IMG/VR virus record: IMGVR_UViG_3300049182_000023
Location: 1-41,314 of that record
Reading direction: 5' to 3' (one strand)
From: a virus
Taxonomy: Duplodnaviria > Caudoviricetes
Length of the DNA: 41,314 nt
Of this stretch, positions 26,532-37,757 are shown in pieces. Within the stretch, counting starts at the first letter, position 1. Every line of letters starts with the position of its first letter. The notes below the pieces were generated by a model. The model ran no database searches. It was not told the DNA's origin and saw nothing but the letters and a program-made list of their open reading frames with translations. Made by a program: the position numbers and the translations under genes.

Positions 26532-27538
26532 CAGGTCACCCCGGGGCCGGACACCAGCCATACGTCCGTGCCGGTCTTGTAGATCGTTGCGTAGCTGTTC
26601 TGCGTCATCGAGCGATTGCCCGATGTGCCGCTGCCTGCGAGGCGAAGCGAAACGCCCGCACCCTGCGCGATGGTGGCCGAGCCGCCGCCGCCCGTGGCTG
26701 CGACCAGAATCGTTCCGATGGGAAAGGCAACCGAGCTGTTAGGCGGAACCGTGAAGGTGACGCCCGCCGCGTTGGCGAGATAGCCCTTGCCCGAGTCGGC
26801 CAGGACGTAGGTCGTGCTGCCCGAAGTCGTCAGCGGAACGCCACGGAAGCCGACGAGTTGCCCCGTCATCGTGATATCGCCAACAGTGGTCAACGCGCCC
26901 GCCGTGCTGAGCGTCATTGTGTTGGTCGCGCCGGAGTACCAGTTGTGCGCTCCGGTGATACTGGCGACGTGGTTGAAGCTGTTGGTGGTGACCGAGAAGC
27001 CGTAGGTCGTGCTGAAGATCGAGACGTGACCGGTGAGGTCGGTGGGCGATGCAGCGATGACCGAGCCGAAGTTGATGCCGCCTGTGAACGACTCGCCCGC
27101 CTTGTTCGCGGCCGTGTAGCCCAGCTATGCCTTCGCCGAACAGACCAGCACCCACGTACCTGAGCCGGTGCAGCGGAACGTCATAACGTCTCCGGCTGCC
27201 GTGGTGATGTTGGCCGCGCCGGGAAGGACGATGCTCGCGCTGTGTGTCAGCGTGCAGACGCCAGCGAAGCGCACCTCACGGAAACAGCCATTAAAGCCCG
27301 TGCCGAGGCTGGTAATGGTCGCCGCGCCCGTAACCTGCACGGACTCCGCGTCGGATGTGGCAATAGCCGTGGTGGACGCTGCCGCAATGGTGGAACTGGA
27401 GAGCGCGTAGGTGCTGCGGAGAATCGCCTACGTGGCGCGCAGGTAGTTGTCTAGGCTGTTGCTGATGGCCTCAGTGCCCGCAGGCGAGTTGCTGCCTGCC
27501 GTGGCCGAGAGGTCCGACATGGTGCTGGGTACGGGCAT
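26531..27538 (-). CDS. Tail fibre, 335 aa with TAG at 27428-27430 and 27125-27127
   Basis: MPVPSTMSDLSATAGSNSPAG...LDNYLRAT*AILRS...CSAKA*LGYTAANKAG... joins ORFs 27125..27340 and 26531..26917 in one frame. Confidence 0.85.
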
Positions 27539-27541
27539 GGG

Positions 27542-29443
27542 TTAGTCCACGTAAGGAAGGAGGAAGGCAGGCATTGCGTACTGACCCAGCAGGCCACCGT
27601 TCTACCTGCGCGCAAGGTCGCGTTGGTACGCTTCGATGGCATCTGCGGCGAGGGGTGCGCTTGCGGCTTTCTGCCCCACTTTGCGTACAACTGCGTTGTT
27701 GGCCGCGTTCAAACCTTCGGTCGCTAGCAGTCCGAGGCCATAGCCTGGAGCGCCACCGAATGCGCCGCCTGCTACGCCGCCCACCTATCCGATAATGCGC
27801 TGCACAAGCGGCGACTGGCCGAGTCCGCGCATGGTGTCCGCAGCGGTGCCGGGGCCTGTGGCTGCGATGGTGTTGTTGGTGACGCTGCGCTTTTGCAGGG
27901 CATCAAGCAGCGCTTCCAACTGCTGCCGGGCCTGCTTGCTCATCTTGAATTTGGCGCGGTCGTCCTTCGACAGGATCGACTTGATCTGCGTCAGGCTAAC
28001 AGCTTGATTGCCGCCAGCGTCCCGCCCACCACTATCAATTGCACCAAGAAGGGAGCGACCCGTCGCCATGTCTGTAAGAGGCTGCGACGCACGAGCATAC
28101 GCGGCCAAATTAGCGCGATAGCCCGGTACTGTGGCGTCGAGCGTGTCAGCAATCGTATCCCGGAGAGGTCCAAGCGCTGCCTTCTCTTGTGCGGATGCCA
28201 TCGGGCCTAGGTGGCTGCCCGCGTTCTCGTGCAGGCCACTTAGCACGTCCGCTTCGATCTTACCATCCGGGCCGATTCGGGACTGAATTTCATTGCGAAG
28301 ACTGGTGGCTGCGCTCTTGATATTCGGACGGACACCGAGGCTTGAATTGTTAAGGCCATCCAGTGCAGCAAGGATCCCGGACGGGTCGGCGCGCTGGCCC
28401 TGAAGCTGCTGGTAGTACGGCTCTGTTGCGGCCTTTCGCGCTGCCCTAGCCGCCGCAATATCCGCGTCCGTTCCAGCCAGCCGTTCAACCTCGCCACGCA
28501 GCGCCGCATTGTTGGCCGATTCCACTTCAGCGAAGGCAGGAGCCGTCAGTCCGTTATTGCGGAGCATGCGTTCTGCCTGCACCGCCTCCGGAGTCGCCAG
28601 CGCTTGCGCCGGAGTAAGGCTGTAGCCGGGGATGCCCGTCTGCGTGCGCAACGCCTGCAACGTGACGGGATCACTGCCCAACATCTTCGCTACGCGCTTG
28701 TTGGCGATCATCTCGCGGCCGCCGGGAGTGACGTAGCGAGACGCCTCCCGAAGGCCGCCAGCGCCCGCAGAAACGCCGCGCAGGCCAGCGGCAATGGCAG
28801 GAGCGGCGATTGCTCCGGTCGCGAGCTGCTGCGCCTTCTGTGCGCCGTAGCTGCCATCTCCAAGCACGGGCTGCGTCGCGCCCATGACAGCGCCTTCAGC
28901 AGCGAGCAGCCCGCCCTTCTTAGCCGCGCCCTTTAGGCCGCCTTGCGTGATCTTCGGCAGCGCACCCGCAGCACGCAGTTCGCCCAAGCCCACCATCCAC
29001 GGCAACACCTCACCGGGCACCGCGCCGATGTAGGAGCCGATGTTTCCGGCGGTGCGCGCCTGGTAGTCCTGTTCGCGCTGACGCATTGCTGCATCGTCCT
29101 GCGCGATGGTGTCCTGACTCAGCAGCCCAATCTTGCCGAGCCCGTGTTCGACCAACTGCGCGGCACCGTGAATCGGATTCAACGCGTGATGCTGGAACGC
29201 ATCGAGCATGCCGCCGATCTGCGTGGAAACGCCCGGAATGCCGCTGAGGTTGTACGTGGACGCCTGACGCTGGGCAGGCTTGCCCGTGATCATTTGGGCG
29301 AAGGCACTGTCGTTGGCCTAAGACCGAGACGTGGACGACCCGCCGGTTACGTTGCTGAAGTCCGGAGCATCAACGGGAACGCCACCAAAGCGTCCGCCGC
29401 GCTTCTTTTCCTGCTCGACAGGGATACCGTTAAAACGGGGCAT
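27542..29443 (-). CDS. Internal virion / DNA ejection protein, 633 aa with TAG at 29318, 27785 and 27602
   Basis: TAATG-coupled ATG 29443; a single frame through three TAGs to TAA at 27542, 3 nt before the tail fibre ATG. Ala/Gly-rich. Confidence 0.82.
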
Positions 29444-31098
29444 TAGGGCTTCCGGTAGGTCTTGCCGTCGTCGGGGTCGATGTACAGCGCGCCACTGGGA
29501 AGGCGTGCGAAATCGGCATCGGTCTGCGGCTTGGCTGGCATCTTGTCGCGGGGGCTGGCTGCCTTTGGTGCATCCAGTTCAACACCCGTAGCTTCTTGAA
29601 TGGCTTCGCGGTTGTAGCCCTGCGCGCTCCACGTCTTGCCCTTGCGCTGCAACCCCTGCTGAATCAACTGCGCCTGCTTCGCCAAGTTCTTGCGAACGAC
29701 AGCCGGGGACATATTCGGCGTGATATCCGCTGCCTCAAACGCGGCCTGCTCACCCGCAGTAAGGGACGCGCCGAACAACTCATTGCGCACTTCGTTCTTG
29801 TAGCGGTCGTACTGCTGCCACCACTCCGGCTGGCCTTTCGTAACGCCGGGAGCGCCAAGGCGGCCCAAAAGGTTCTCAACACTTCCGCCAACGCCATTAC
29901 CAGCGAAATCGTCAGTGAACCCGCCAGTCAGTTCCTAAAGATTCGACAGCTTCGCAGCATCCTTCGTGAGGCTGTTCACCGCTCCCAGCGGCAACGGCTT
30001 GCCGCCAGAGGTTGATGCAGCAGACGGGAGACGAATGGTTTGAATCTGGCCCGTTGTCGCATTGCGCTGCGCCACCGTTCCGGGCGGCAATCCTGCGGCA
30101 GCAACTTCTTGCGCGGTGAGCGGAGCCCATTCGGCCTGAGTCTTGGTCGTTACCTTCGGGCGCGTACCAATGCGGGGCTGCATCGCGCCACTCGTGCGCG
30201 ATGGCGGCAGCTCAAGGTGAACGTGATCGCCCTCATCAATCGCCTCAAAGCCACGCTTACGCGCGTCGGCAATAAATGACGGGCGCTGCTGCGGCGGGAT
30301 TACGAAATCAGCCGCCGTGCCACTGAGATGTTGGCTGTTCGGCACGCCACCTACTTCAGCGTTGTGTTGCGGCGTGCGCTGACGGCTGCTGATCTGCGCG
30401 CCAGGATAAGCATTAGCAAGCAGCGAGTAGGTCTGTTGCACCTGATCGGGTGCAGTTGCGCCTTGGTACGCCTGATCCATCACCGCGCCACCAGCGCCAC
30501 CCATCGGGCTCTGCTGCTGCGGCGCAGTTAGCGCCTGCCCGTCGAGGGTGCGCATCTTGCTTGGATCCATCGGGTCAAAAAGCACATCCACTTCACCGCC
30601 CGCGCCGTCGCCAACACGTCCCAACTGCCAGCGGGTTTGCGGATCGATGGCATCGCGAAATGCCTTAGCGCCCTGCGGATCCATTGTGGCGAATTGGCGG
30701 AACTTGGCCTCGTCAATGCCGCCATCCGGCCCCACGAGTTCCTGTTGCAACGCCTCCAAGCGATTATTGCGATCCATGCCCGCGAGCGTGCGACCCATGA
30801 TGGCCTGCTGATAGCGATCGTTACCGCGCTGGCGCGTGCCTTCGTTCATCGCCAGCAACCCGCCCTGCAATCCCTGCGTCAGCCCCTCGCCAAAGTTGCG
30901 CGAGGACTGGATGCCAGCGGCGAGCGATAGCAAGCCCTGCCGAACCATCGCCTTCTTGTCGTTGTCATCGACCGCGAGCAGGCCCTCGCCCTGCGGCATG
31001 AACTTGTCGTACAGGCGCGACTGCCAGTTGCGCTTCTTCGGTTGAGGTTCAATCGCCGGAGCAAACCCGCTGACGGGCATTCCAAAACCAAGATTCAT
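29443..31098 (-). CDS. Internal virion protein with M15-type peptidase domain, 551 aa with TAG at 29935
   Basis: SSRQRTPQHNAEVGGVPNSQHLSGTAADF...DHVHLE. ORFs 29935..31098 and 29443..29868 are in the same frame. Confidence 0.85.
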
Positions 31099-31101
31099 CG
31101 A

Positions 31102-31977
31102 TCAGCCCCACATGCTGGCGAGGATGGCAGCGTAGGTGGCCGCGTTCTGGCCTGCGCTGCGATAGTTCGGGTTAGCGCCCGTCTGCGATGCGGAACCGCC
31201 CTGAATCGCGCCGAGTGCGCCGGTCAGCACGCCCAAGCGATCAGCGTCCCAGTTCTGGTAGTTCTGGAAGTCGTCATAACCCGTGTCGTAAACCTGCTGC
31301 GCGAGGCCCTGTTGCTGCGCGCCGATACCCATGAGCGCCCGTGCATCGTCGTACTTGGCGCTGTTGAGGCCCGGAATCGCACCGAGTGCGCCAAGACTAT
31401 TCGCAGAGTTCTGCGCCCACGCCTGCTGGTTTCGGCCGAGTGCCGATTCGGCAAGCTGCGCCTGACGGTCGTAGTCCTGCGAGCGCATATCGGTGGAGAT
31501 GCGTCCCAACTGACCCGCCAGCGCGTTCTACGAGTCCGCAGCGGCCTCCTGATGGGCGGTGCCACCGTAGGCACCGCCCGCGTTGAACTGCGCAAACAGG
31601 CTCGGCACCGTGGACTTGTTGTAGTTGTTCACCACGTCCGACTGCGCGGCGGAAATCTGCTGGTCCAGGTACTTGTTTGGGCCTGCGTAGGGATTGGTGC
31701 CGCCCTTATAGGCGTTCGTGCCGTTGAGCTGGTTCGTGATGTACTTGTTCGCAGCCGTGTTGAGCGGCTGACCCTGCGCCGCCTGTCGCCGGACCATGTC
31801 AAAGCCGTTGTATTGGTCGTCGCTGAAGTCAGCGATGCGCGGCCCCTGATACTGCTGATAGGGCGTGTTGGCGATGCTATTCGCCTTGTCTAGGGCTGTC
31901 TGGAAGAACGGCACCGACCATGCGGGCGGATCACTCTTCTAGACCGTTGTGGTGTTCTTTCCGCCGCCACTGCTCAT
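31102..31977 (-). CDS. Internal virion / pilot protein, 291 aa with TAG at 31939 and 31528
   Basis: MSSGGGKNTTTV*KSDPPAW...AAADS*NALAG; ATGA-coupled start, TGA stop. Confidence 0.82.
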
Positions 31978-32369
31978 GCCGAGATCTCGTAGGTTGAGGT
32001 AATGAGGGGGAACCGCTTGGCCCAACCCTTTCGGGGAGAGCCAAAGGTGATCTTGAGTGCGTTCATGCGCGCCGCCGTTTCTCGGATCACGCCCAACCCG
32101 GCTTCGATAATGTCTGCGTCGCCCTTGTTGTAGGCGAGCCACACGTGCAGCACCGGAAGCCGCGTGTAGTCGGTCGAACGCTTTTGCAGGACCAGGAAGC
32201 CAGCGAAACCCTGATCGTCCACCGCGACGTGCAATGCGGCCTAGCCGGAGCGGATTTCGTGATACACGTCCTCGGCAATCCAGTCCTCGGCGGGCATCTC
32301 ATCCAAGCCGCTGCGAATGTCGGGCCAGAAGGCGCGCAGGTTGTCGGGGTGAATCAGGACAAGGTTCAT
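31974..32369 (-). CDS. GNAT-fold-like virion assembly protein, 131 aa with TAG at 32241
   Basis: MNLVLIHPDNLRAFW...EIRSG*AALHV...LHVWLAY...SPRKGW. Position matches the gene preceding podovirus ejection proteins. Confidence 0.75.
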
Positions 32370-32677
32370 CAGTTTCCTGTCAGATAGCGCGATTGGACCC
32401 ATGTGCCGGGCGTTCCGGCCACCAAGCACGTCCAGCCCGCGACGATGTACTTGGAGCCCGCGACGCCAGCCTCAGCCGGTGCGCTGTTCTTCACAAAGTC
32501 GCCCACCGCCCATGTGCCCGTCGTCGGTGCTGCCATGCCTGCGTTGTAGCTGGCAACCATCAGTCCTTCGGAGAGCTGGTTTACCTGCTGCGCGGTCTTG
32601 CGATAAAGCGTGTCCAACTGCCGCACAAGATCGGGCAGCGCATCAGCACGCAAATACGGTTCGTCAGGCAGCTTCAT
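32369..32677 (-). CDS. Tail needle-like protein (102 aa, no TAG)
   Basis: N-terminal helix plus APTTGTWAVGDFVKN...GWTCLVAGTPGTW. Confidence 0.6.
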   Translation of the reverse strand: MKLPDEPYLRADALPDLVRQLDTLYRKTAQQVNQLSEGLMVASYNAGMAAPTTGTWAVGDFVKNSAPAEAGVAGSKYIVAGWTCLVAGTPGTWVQSRYLTGN

Positions 32678-34125
32678 GCGCGGCGGCTCCCGGCGGGCGC
32701 CAACTCAACCTCAAGCCCGTCAACAGCCATCGGGCCGGTAAAGTCCATGCGCACGCTATGCCACAGCGCGGATCGGCGGAAATCGAACTTGCCACGGCTC
32801 ACTTCAATGGTCGCGTCCTGCGTCTTGGTGTCGCCCAATTCGCTGCGGTAGAAGTTGGTCGCCGTGGCCGTGGTGGGCGTCTGCCGATAGCGCGCCTTCA
32901 CCTGTTGCAGCGTGGAGAAGTCCGTCATATCGCCGAAGTCGAACGTGGTGAGGGTCGAATCACCGGGTGTTCCGGTCAGCGAGTAGAGAACGCCACCCTG
33001 AAACACGCCGGGGACGGTGCTATCCGCCAGCCAGAACGGCGAGTCATAGGAGATGGCCGGAAGGTCGTCGTAGGTCGCATACAGCGCGCCCAGCCCGTCA
33101 TAGGTGATCTGGCCGGAGCTGTATTGCAATGCGGTCTGGATCGACACGGCCCACTTTCCCCACCGATCGGTGCGGTAGTTGTAGACCAGCGCTGAATCGA
33201 TTTCGCCTGCCACGGACGCCGTGCTGGGGTAGTACCAGTACACAAGGTTCCGCGCAGTGTCGGCCACACCAATGATCTGGTCGCGATAAGTCGAATTGAG
33301 GTCTTCGAAGAACCATTCGCGGATTGGTGCACCGATAGGACGCGGCACCGTGCCGTCGAACACGTAGAAGTCGGACGGGCCCACAAAGAAGTGCTGGGTT
33401 CCCACCACCACTACCGATTCAGCGCCAGAACACCCAATGTCACCGGGGATGCGCTGCCAAGACCAAATGAGCGGCGGCCCAACGTACCGACCGAGATACA
33501 TGGACGTGTTTTTGTAGGCGACCACGTCAGAACCAAGGGCTGCACCTGCGCGAATCGCGCCCGGCGAGTCCAGCAACCGCCCTGCGGCGCACTGCGTGCT
33601 AACCGATGGCGTCCAGTTGGTGTGGTCGCGGATGGCGGAACAGCCCCAGCCATCGGTCTAATCGCCGATGCCCATGCCGTTGATGTTGAGCGCCATCACG
33701 AAGCCCGCAGCGGTCACCAAGACGGAGGCCGTGGGCGCGCCTGCGATATCGGCAAAGCTGCCACCCGCCGATGCAGCGCCAATGGCCTGAGTGCGGTTCG
33801 TGGACAGCACGATATCGCCGAACACTGCAAAGCGAGTGCGATTGGTGCCCGTGTAGTCACCAACACGCGAGCGATCCACCCATGCGCCAGCAGAGGCTTC
33901 GTAGATTTTTGTCGTGGACGCGGCAAACGTGCGCTTGCTGCCACTCAGCAGCTCGGCCACATAGGCGCTGTTGGGCGTCGTGGCTAGCGCGGGATAACCG
34001 GCCGTCACCAACGAGCGAGCGGCCGCCAATCCCTCTGTGCTGGGAACGATGGCGTCGCAATCCGTGAGAATGCCGGGCGTGGCCGGATCAAGGTCGGGGG
34101 CGAAGCCGGAAAGCTCAAGGCGCAT
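32674..34125 (-). CDS. Tail nozzle / DNA stabilisation protein (P22 gp10-like), 483 aa with TAG at 33658
   Basis: ...GIGD*TDGWGCSAIRDHTNWTPS... joins ORFs 33658..34125 and 32674..33576; beta-propeller-like sequence. Confidence 0.85.
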
Positions 34126-34723
34126 TGAACGACACCTGGCGCATCTGCGGCGCGTTGCCGTAGCGCGCTGAATCGTCCTCTACGGCCATCCCGTCAAGGA
34201 TCGACTTGAACTGCGCAGACCAGATTAGCGCCCGCGCATCGTCCATGAGGTACGGCGATGCTTCGATCAGCGCGCCATAGAGGTACAGGCCCGGCTCACG
34301 GGTCAGTAGCCAGTTGGTCGTGGCCGAATCTGACAGCGCAGGAACGGCCGTCCAGTAGGTCAGGGCATAGTCTTCCGATCCGCTGCCGCCGATGGTCTTC
34401 AGCACGCCATTGACGATCACGTAACCGCTCGGAAAGCCCGTCGCCAGCGTCTATTCCAGCGCTTCAGGGGCCAGCGGGAACACTTCGTTGTAGGTGCCGC
34501 CATAGGACAGACGAAAGGACTGCACGCCCCTGAAATCATCGGGCAAGGTCAGTTCGTTGGACGACAACGCACCTGTGGTCGTCGTCTGCATCTGCCGTGT
34601 GCGCAGCTCACGATTGATGCGAGCTTCCGCCAGCGCAATGAAGGTCGGAATTTGCGTGGTCAGGTCGGCGCGTGCCAACCAGTCGGCAATGCCCTGCTGG
34701 AGCGTGCTGTAGTCCTGGATCAT
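34115..34723 (-). CDS. Head-tail adaptor, 202 aa with TAG at 34451
   Basis: DYSTLQQGIADWLAR...FIALAEARINRELR and TNWLLTREPGLYLYGALIEA halves lie in one frame. Confidence 0.85.
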
Positions 34724-35016
34724 TCGCCACCACGCCGCGTGCGGCCTTCCCACACACGGAAGCCGGACAGTTCAGGGTCATTGAGCATGCGCCGGAAGTG
34801 CACCGGGTTACTCATCATTTCGTGGTGCGAGATGCCCCACTTCTGCTTGTACAACTCCACTACGGCCGGGTCGAAGCTGGCCGCGTGCTTGAGTTCGCTG
34901 GAGCCCGTGCGGCCCAAGCTGCGAAGCTCTGCCGCGTGGTCAAGAAACACCTACGAGTCAGACGTGCGGCGCTCGATCAGGTCGTCGCCTTCCATCCAGA
35001 GTGCCGTCGTCTTCAC
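34720..35016 (-). CDS. Conserved-type head-module protein, 98 aa with TAG at 34951
   Basis: GTG 35016, MKTTALWMEGDDLIERRTSDS*VFLDH...LNDPELSGFRVWEGR. Confidence 0.7.
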
Positions 35017-35070
35017 CGCTTCACCTTGACTCGGGTTGCGTTGGTATTGGGGAGCGCGAGGTTAGCCATC

Positions 35071-35340
35071 TCAATACACCGCGATCATTAACGTGGCCGT
35101 AGTGCCCGTAGCCTTCACCGCAGACACGCGGAACGGCACGACCGAGCCCGCAGGCATGGTGATCGCCACGTCGGAACCGCCCGCAGAAGGCGTGCACGTC
35201 ACGACACCGGCACCGCCCACGTAGATGGACACCGGAGCTGCAAACACGTTGGCGTCGCTAGGTGTCACCGCCAGCGCAGCCGAGGGAAGAATCGGGCACT
35301 CGCCCACCGAGCCCTAGTTAGGACATGCAATCGTCGCCAT
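35071..35340 (-). CDS. Head spike-base protein (Rcc01079-like), 89 aa with TAG at 35314 (codon 9)
   Basis: GGAGG RBS, ATG 35340; AVTPSD, IYVGGAG and VKATGTTAT motifs. Confidence 0.78.
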
Positions 35341-35349
35341 GAATCCTCC

Positions 35350-35381
35350 AAAAGACGGGGCCAGCCGAAGCCAGCCCCGTC
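35350..35381 (-). terminator. Intrinsic terminator after the capsid gene
   Basis: GACGGGGCTGGC-TTCG-GCTGGCCCCGTC-TTTT. Confidence 0.8.
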
Positions 35382-35388
35382 AGGTTTG

Positions 35389-36324
35389 TTACGTCAGGTC
35401 GCGAGCAACCGCGTGCGCGTCGAGATTGTCCATCTGCAAACCGTACTCATAAGTCAGCAGGTACTTGGACGCATCGCCCGTCTTCGCCAGTTCCTGCGAT
35501 TCCAGCGGACGCAGGGTCTTGAGCGAGACGTGATCGAGGTCGATCAGGTACGCAGCCGCATCGAGGAAGCGCGAGGCCACGACCTTCAGCTCGCCGAAGT
35601 CGCCGACATACACGTCATACGACGCGATCAGCTTGTTGGCTTCGGTCTTCTGGAAGCGGGTGGCGTTGCCGGTGAAGGCCGAGGTGAGCTGCTTGTCAGC
35701 GCCACGAACCAGAACAACGGTCGGGTTGCCACCAGAGGTCCACGCATCCTGCTGCGCATCCTTGAGCAGCGCTTCCGTCCACGCACGAGCCGTGCCCGCA
35801 ACCGGGGCGGTGTTGGTCGAGGGAACCGGGAACACGCCCGCGCCCGCACCCACCGAACCCTGACGGATCCAGCCAGCCAGACCACGGGTCTAGCGAGCTG
35901 TGCCGAGCGCACCCGCGTTGAACGTGGTGTTCTGGCAGAGGGCGACTTCCTGGTCGCGGAGGATTTCCTTCGTCTTCTTCATCTTCTGGAAGGCGATTTC
36001 CGACTTGCGGCCCGCCTTGTCCACGACCTCTTCCGTGTCGGAGATGACGAAGTTCTTGGTGCTGATCTGGGTGTAGTTGCCCCAGCGGGTGGACGGCGAC
36101 ACAGCGGTGAAGCTGGTCACGTCATCACCTTCGATCTGCGCGTTGTTGGCCGCAGTCGCGAGCGAGTCGGTCTACCACTCGAAGAAGCGGGAAGCACACT
36201 TGGACTTCTTGAGCATCGCGGCAAACGGACGCTCGGTCGGCGAAATCATATCGATCACGTCCGACAGGTCTTCACGCATACCGATGGCGGAATACGTGGT
36301 GTAGGTGTTGGTTACGACAGCCAT
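35389..36324 (-). CDS. Major capsid protein (DUF5309/SU10-like), 311 aa with TAG at 36172 and 35890
   Basis: GMREDLSDVIDMISPTERPF...FEW*TDSL...NAQIEGDD...NYTQI...TAR*TRGL...LAKTGD. Confidence 0.92.
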
Positions 36325-36327
36325 TGT

Positions 36328-37293
36328 TTAGGTTCCAGATTTGGCGACCAGATACGCCGCAATATCGTCCTGACTGCGCGTGCGTTGTGCACGCTTGCGC
36401 AGCTCATCGACCTTGCTGACCTGCTGGTCTGGTTTCTGTTGTGCCGCGCCGGGCTTAAGGCCCTTCGTCGGCTCGGGTTTGACTTGCTTGTCTTTCAGCG
36501 TCTTCTGCGCGGCCTGATGCGCTTCCCACTTGGCTGCGTTTCGTGCAACCAGCAGTGCGCGATGGTCGAACAGTTCGGAAAGCTCTTCCTGTGAGTAGCC
36601 CTGTTTGATCAGGAACTCGGCAATCTGGCGCGTTTCGGCCGACTTGACCTTCTCGTCGCGCCATTCGGGGAGCTTTTCTTGCAGCGCCTTCGCTTCACCC
36701 TTGCGCCATTCCGTAACCTCCTGCTCCTGCTCCGCTGTCATGCGGTTGGCAAGCTGCTGGCGTTCTTGGATGGCTGCTTGGTAGTTCGCGTATCGCTGCT
36801 GAAAGGCGGCATTGGCCCGGACCCATTCGGCCGGGTCGGTTTCCGCCAGTTTGGCAAGCTCGGCTTGGTCTCCGATAAGCTGCGTCTGCAAGCTGTGCAG
36901 AACAACGTCAAGGTGGTTGGCGTAATGACTACGCTCCGCCTGCACGCGCTCCACTTCAGCCTGCACAATACGCTTGGCTTCCGCGACCTCTGCCGTCTTT
37001 TTCCGGTAATCGGCATCCTTCATGTATCCGGCTTTTAGCTCGGACTTCTTGACCTTGATCTCGCCAAGATCAATCTCCGGGTCGTCATCCTCGACTTCCT
37101 CGGCGGCAGCTTCCTCTGCCTCTTCTTCGGCTTCCTCGCCCTCGGCCGCTTCCTTCGGCTCCTCTTCCTCTTCTTTCTGCTGCTCGCCCTATTCGGCGCG
37201 GCTCATCAGCAGCGCTAGTGCGGCGTCATCGCCAGTCTCGCCGCCTACTTCTACTTCGGCGAGATCCGGTTCCCCGGTTGTCTCAATGATCAT
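36328..37293 (-). CDS. Scaffolding protein, 321 aa with TAG at 37189
   Basis: GAGG RBS, ATG 37293, acidic N-terminus, ELKAGYMKDADYRKKT and DPAEW motifs. Confidence 0.85.
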
Positions 37294-37317
37294 GTGTTGC
37301 CTCGGTTTTGAGGTCCG

Positions 37318-37644
37318 TTACAGCTTCGGGTTAACCAGCAGGTTCCCGGCACACGTAAGGACGGTGAATTGGTCGCCTTTTACGACAGGACAACCAAAGA
37401 AGGGACGGTGATAGACCTCCGGCCCTGAAAACGGAATCGTGACCCGACCGATATACCCATGCTCGGCCTCGATCTTCAGAAGTATTGGCTCAACCTCTCC
37501 CCAACTCGCTGGGCCAGCGTCATGCGGGCGAACTGCCCCGTCTCCACGACGTGCTGTAGCTGCCCCCTCACCTTGTGCAGGCACTTGAGCGTCAGCCATA
37601 GCTTTTCGCGTGCCTCTTCGTCCCTTGCTGGGCTGTTCCGCCAT
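37318..37644 (-). CDS. Hypothetical protein, partly overprinted on the upstream gene
   Basis: The only ORF covering 37318-37475; start uncertain. Confidence 0.4.
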   Translation of the reverse strand: MAEQPSKGRRGTRKAMADAQVPAQGEGAATARRGDGAVRPHDAGPASWGEVEPILLKIEAEHGYIGRVTIPFSGPEVYHRPFFGCPVVKGDQFTVLTCAGNLLVNPKL

Positions 37645-37757
37645 TCTTGGGTCAACTCCTGTTCGATTAGTTCAAACGCCTCTACGAGCAGCGGATGCGC
37701 CAATAGGGCCTCAGCATCTTTGCCGCGCCGAATGTCCGTCTCTGTTTGGTCGATCAT
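37476..37757 (-). CDS. Small protein downstream of portal (93 aa, no TAG)
   Basis: RRGKDAEALLAHPLLVEAF...WRNSPARDEEAREKLW; ATGA-coupled. Confidence 0.8.
   Translation of the reverse strand: MIDQTETDIRRGKDAEALLAHPLLVEAFELIEQELTQEWRNSPARDEEAREKLWLTLKCLHKVRGQLQHVVETGQFARMTLAQRVGERLSQYF

Noticed and set aside
26127-27538. Diversity-generating retroelement or invertible tail cassette
   Set aside because: No reverse transcriptase, invertase or template/variable repeat pair was seen.
35386-36594. Long plus-strand ORFs in the late region (402 aa here; also 389..1336, 31042..31893, 38666..39766)
   Set aside because: They are antisense shadows of GC-rich genes with no recognisable motifs. They appear long only because the true genes are broken by TAG.
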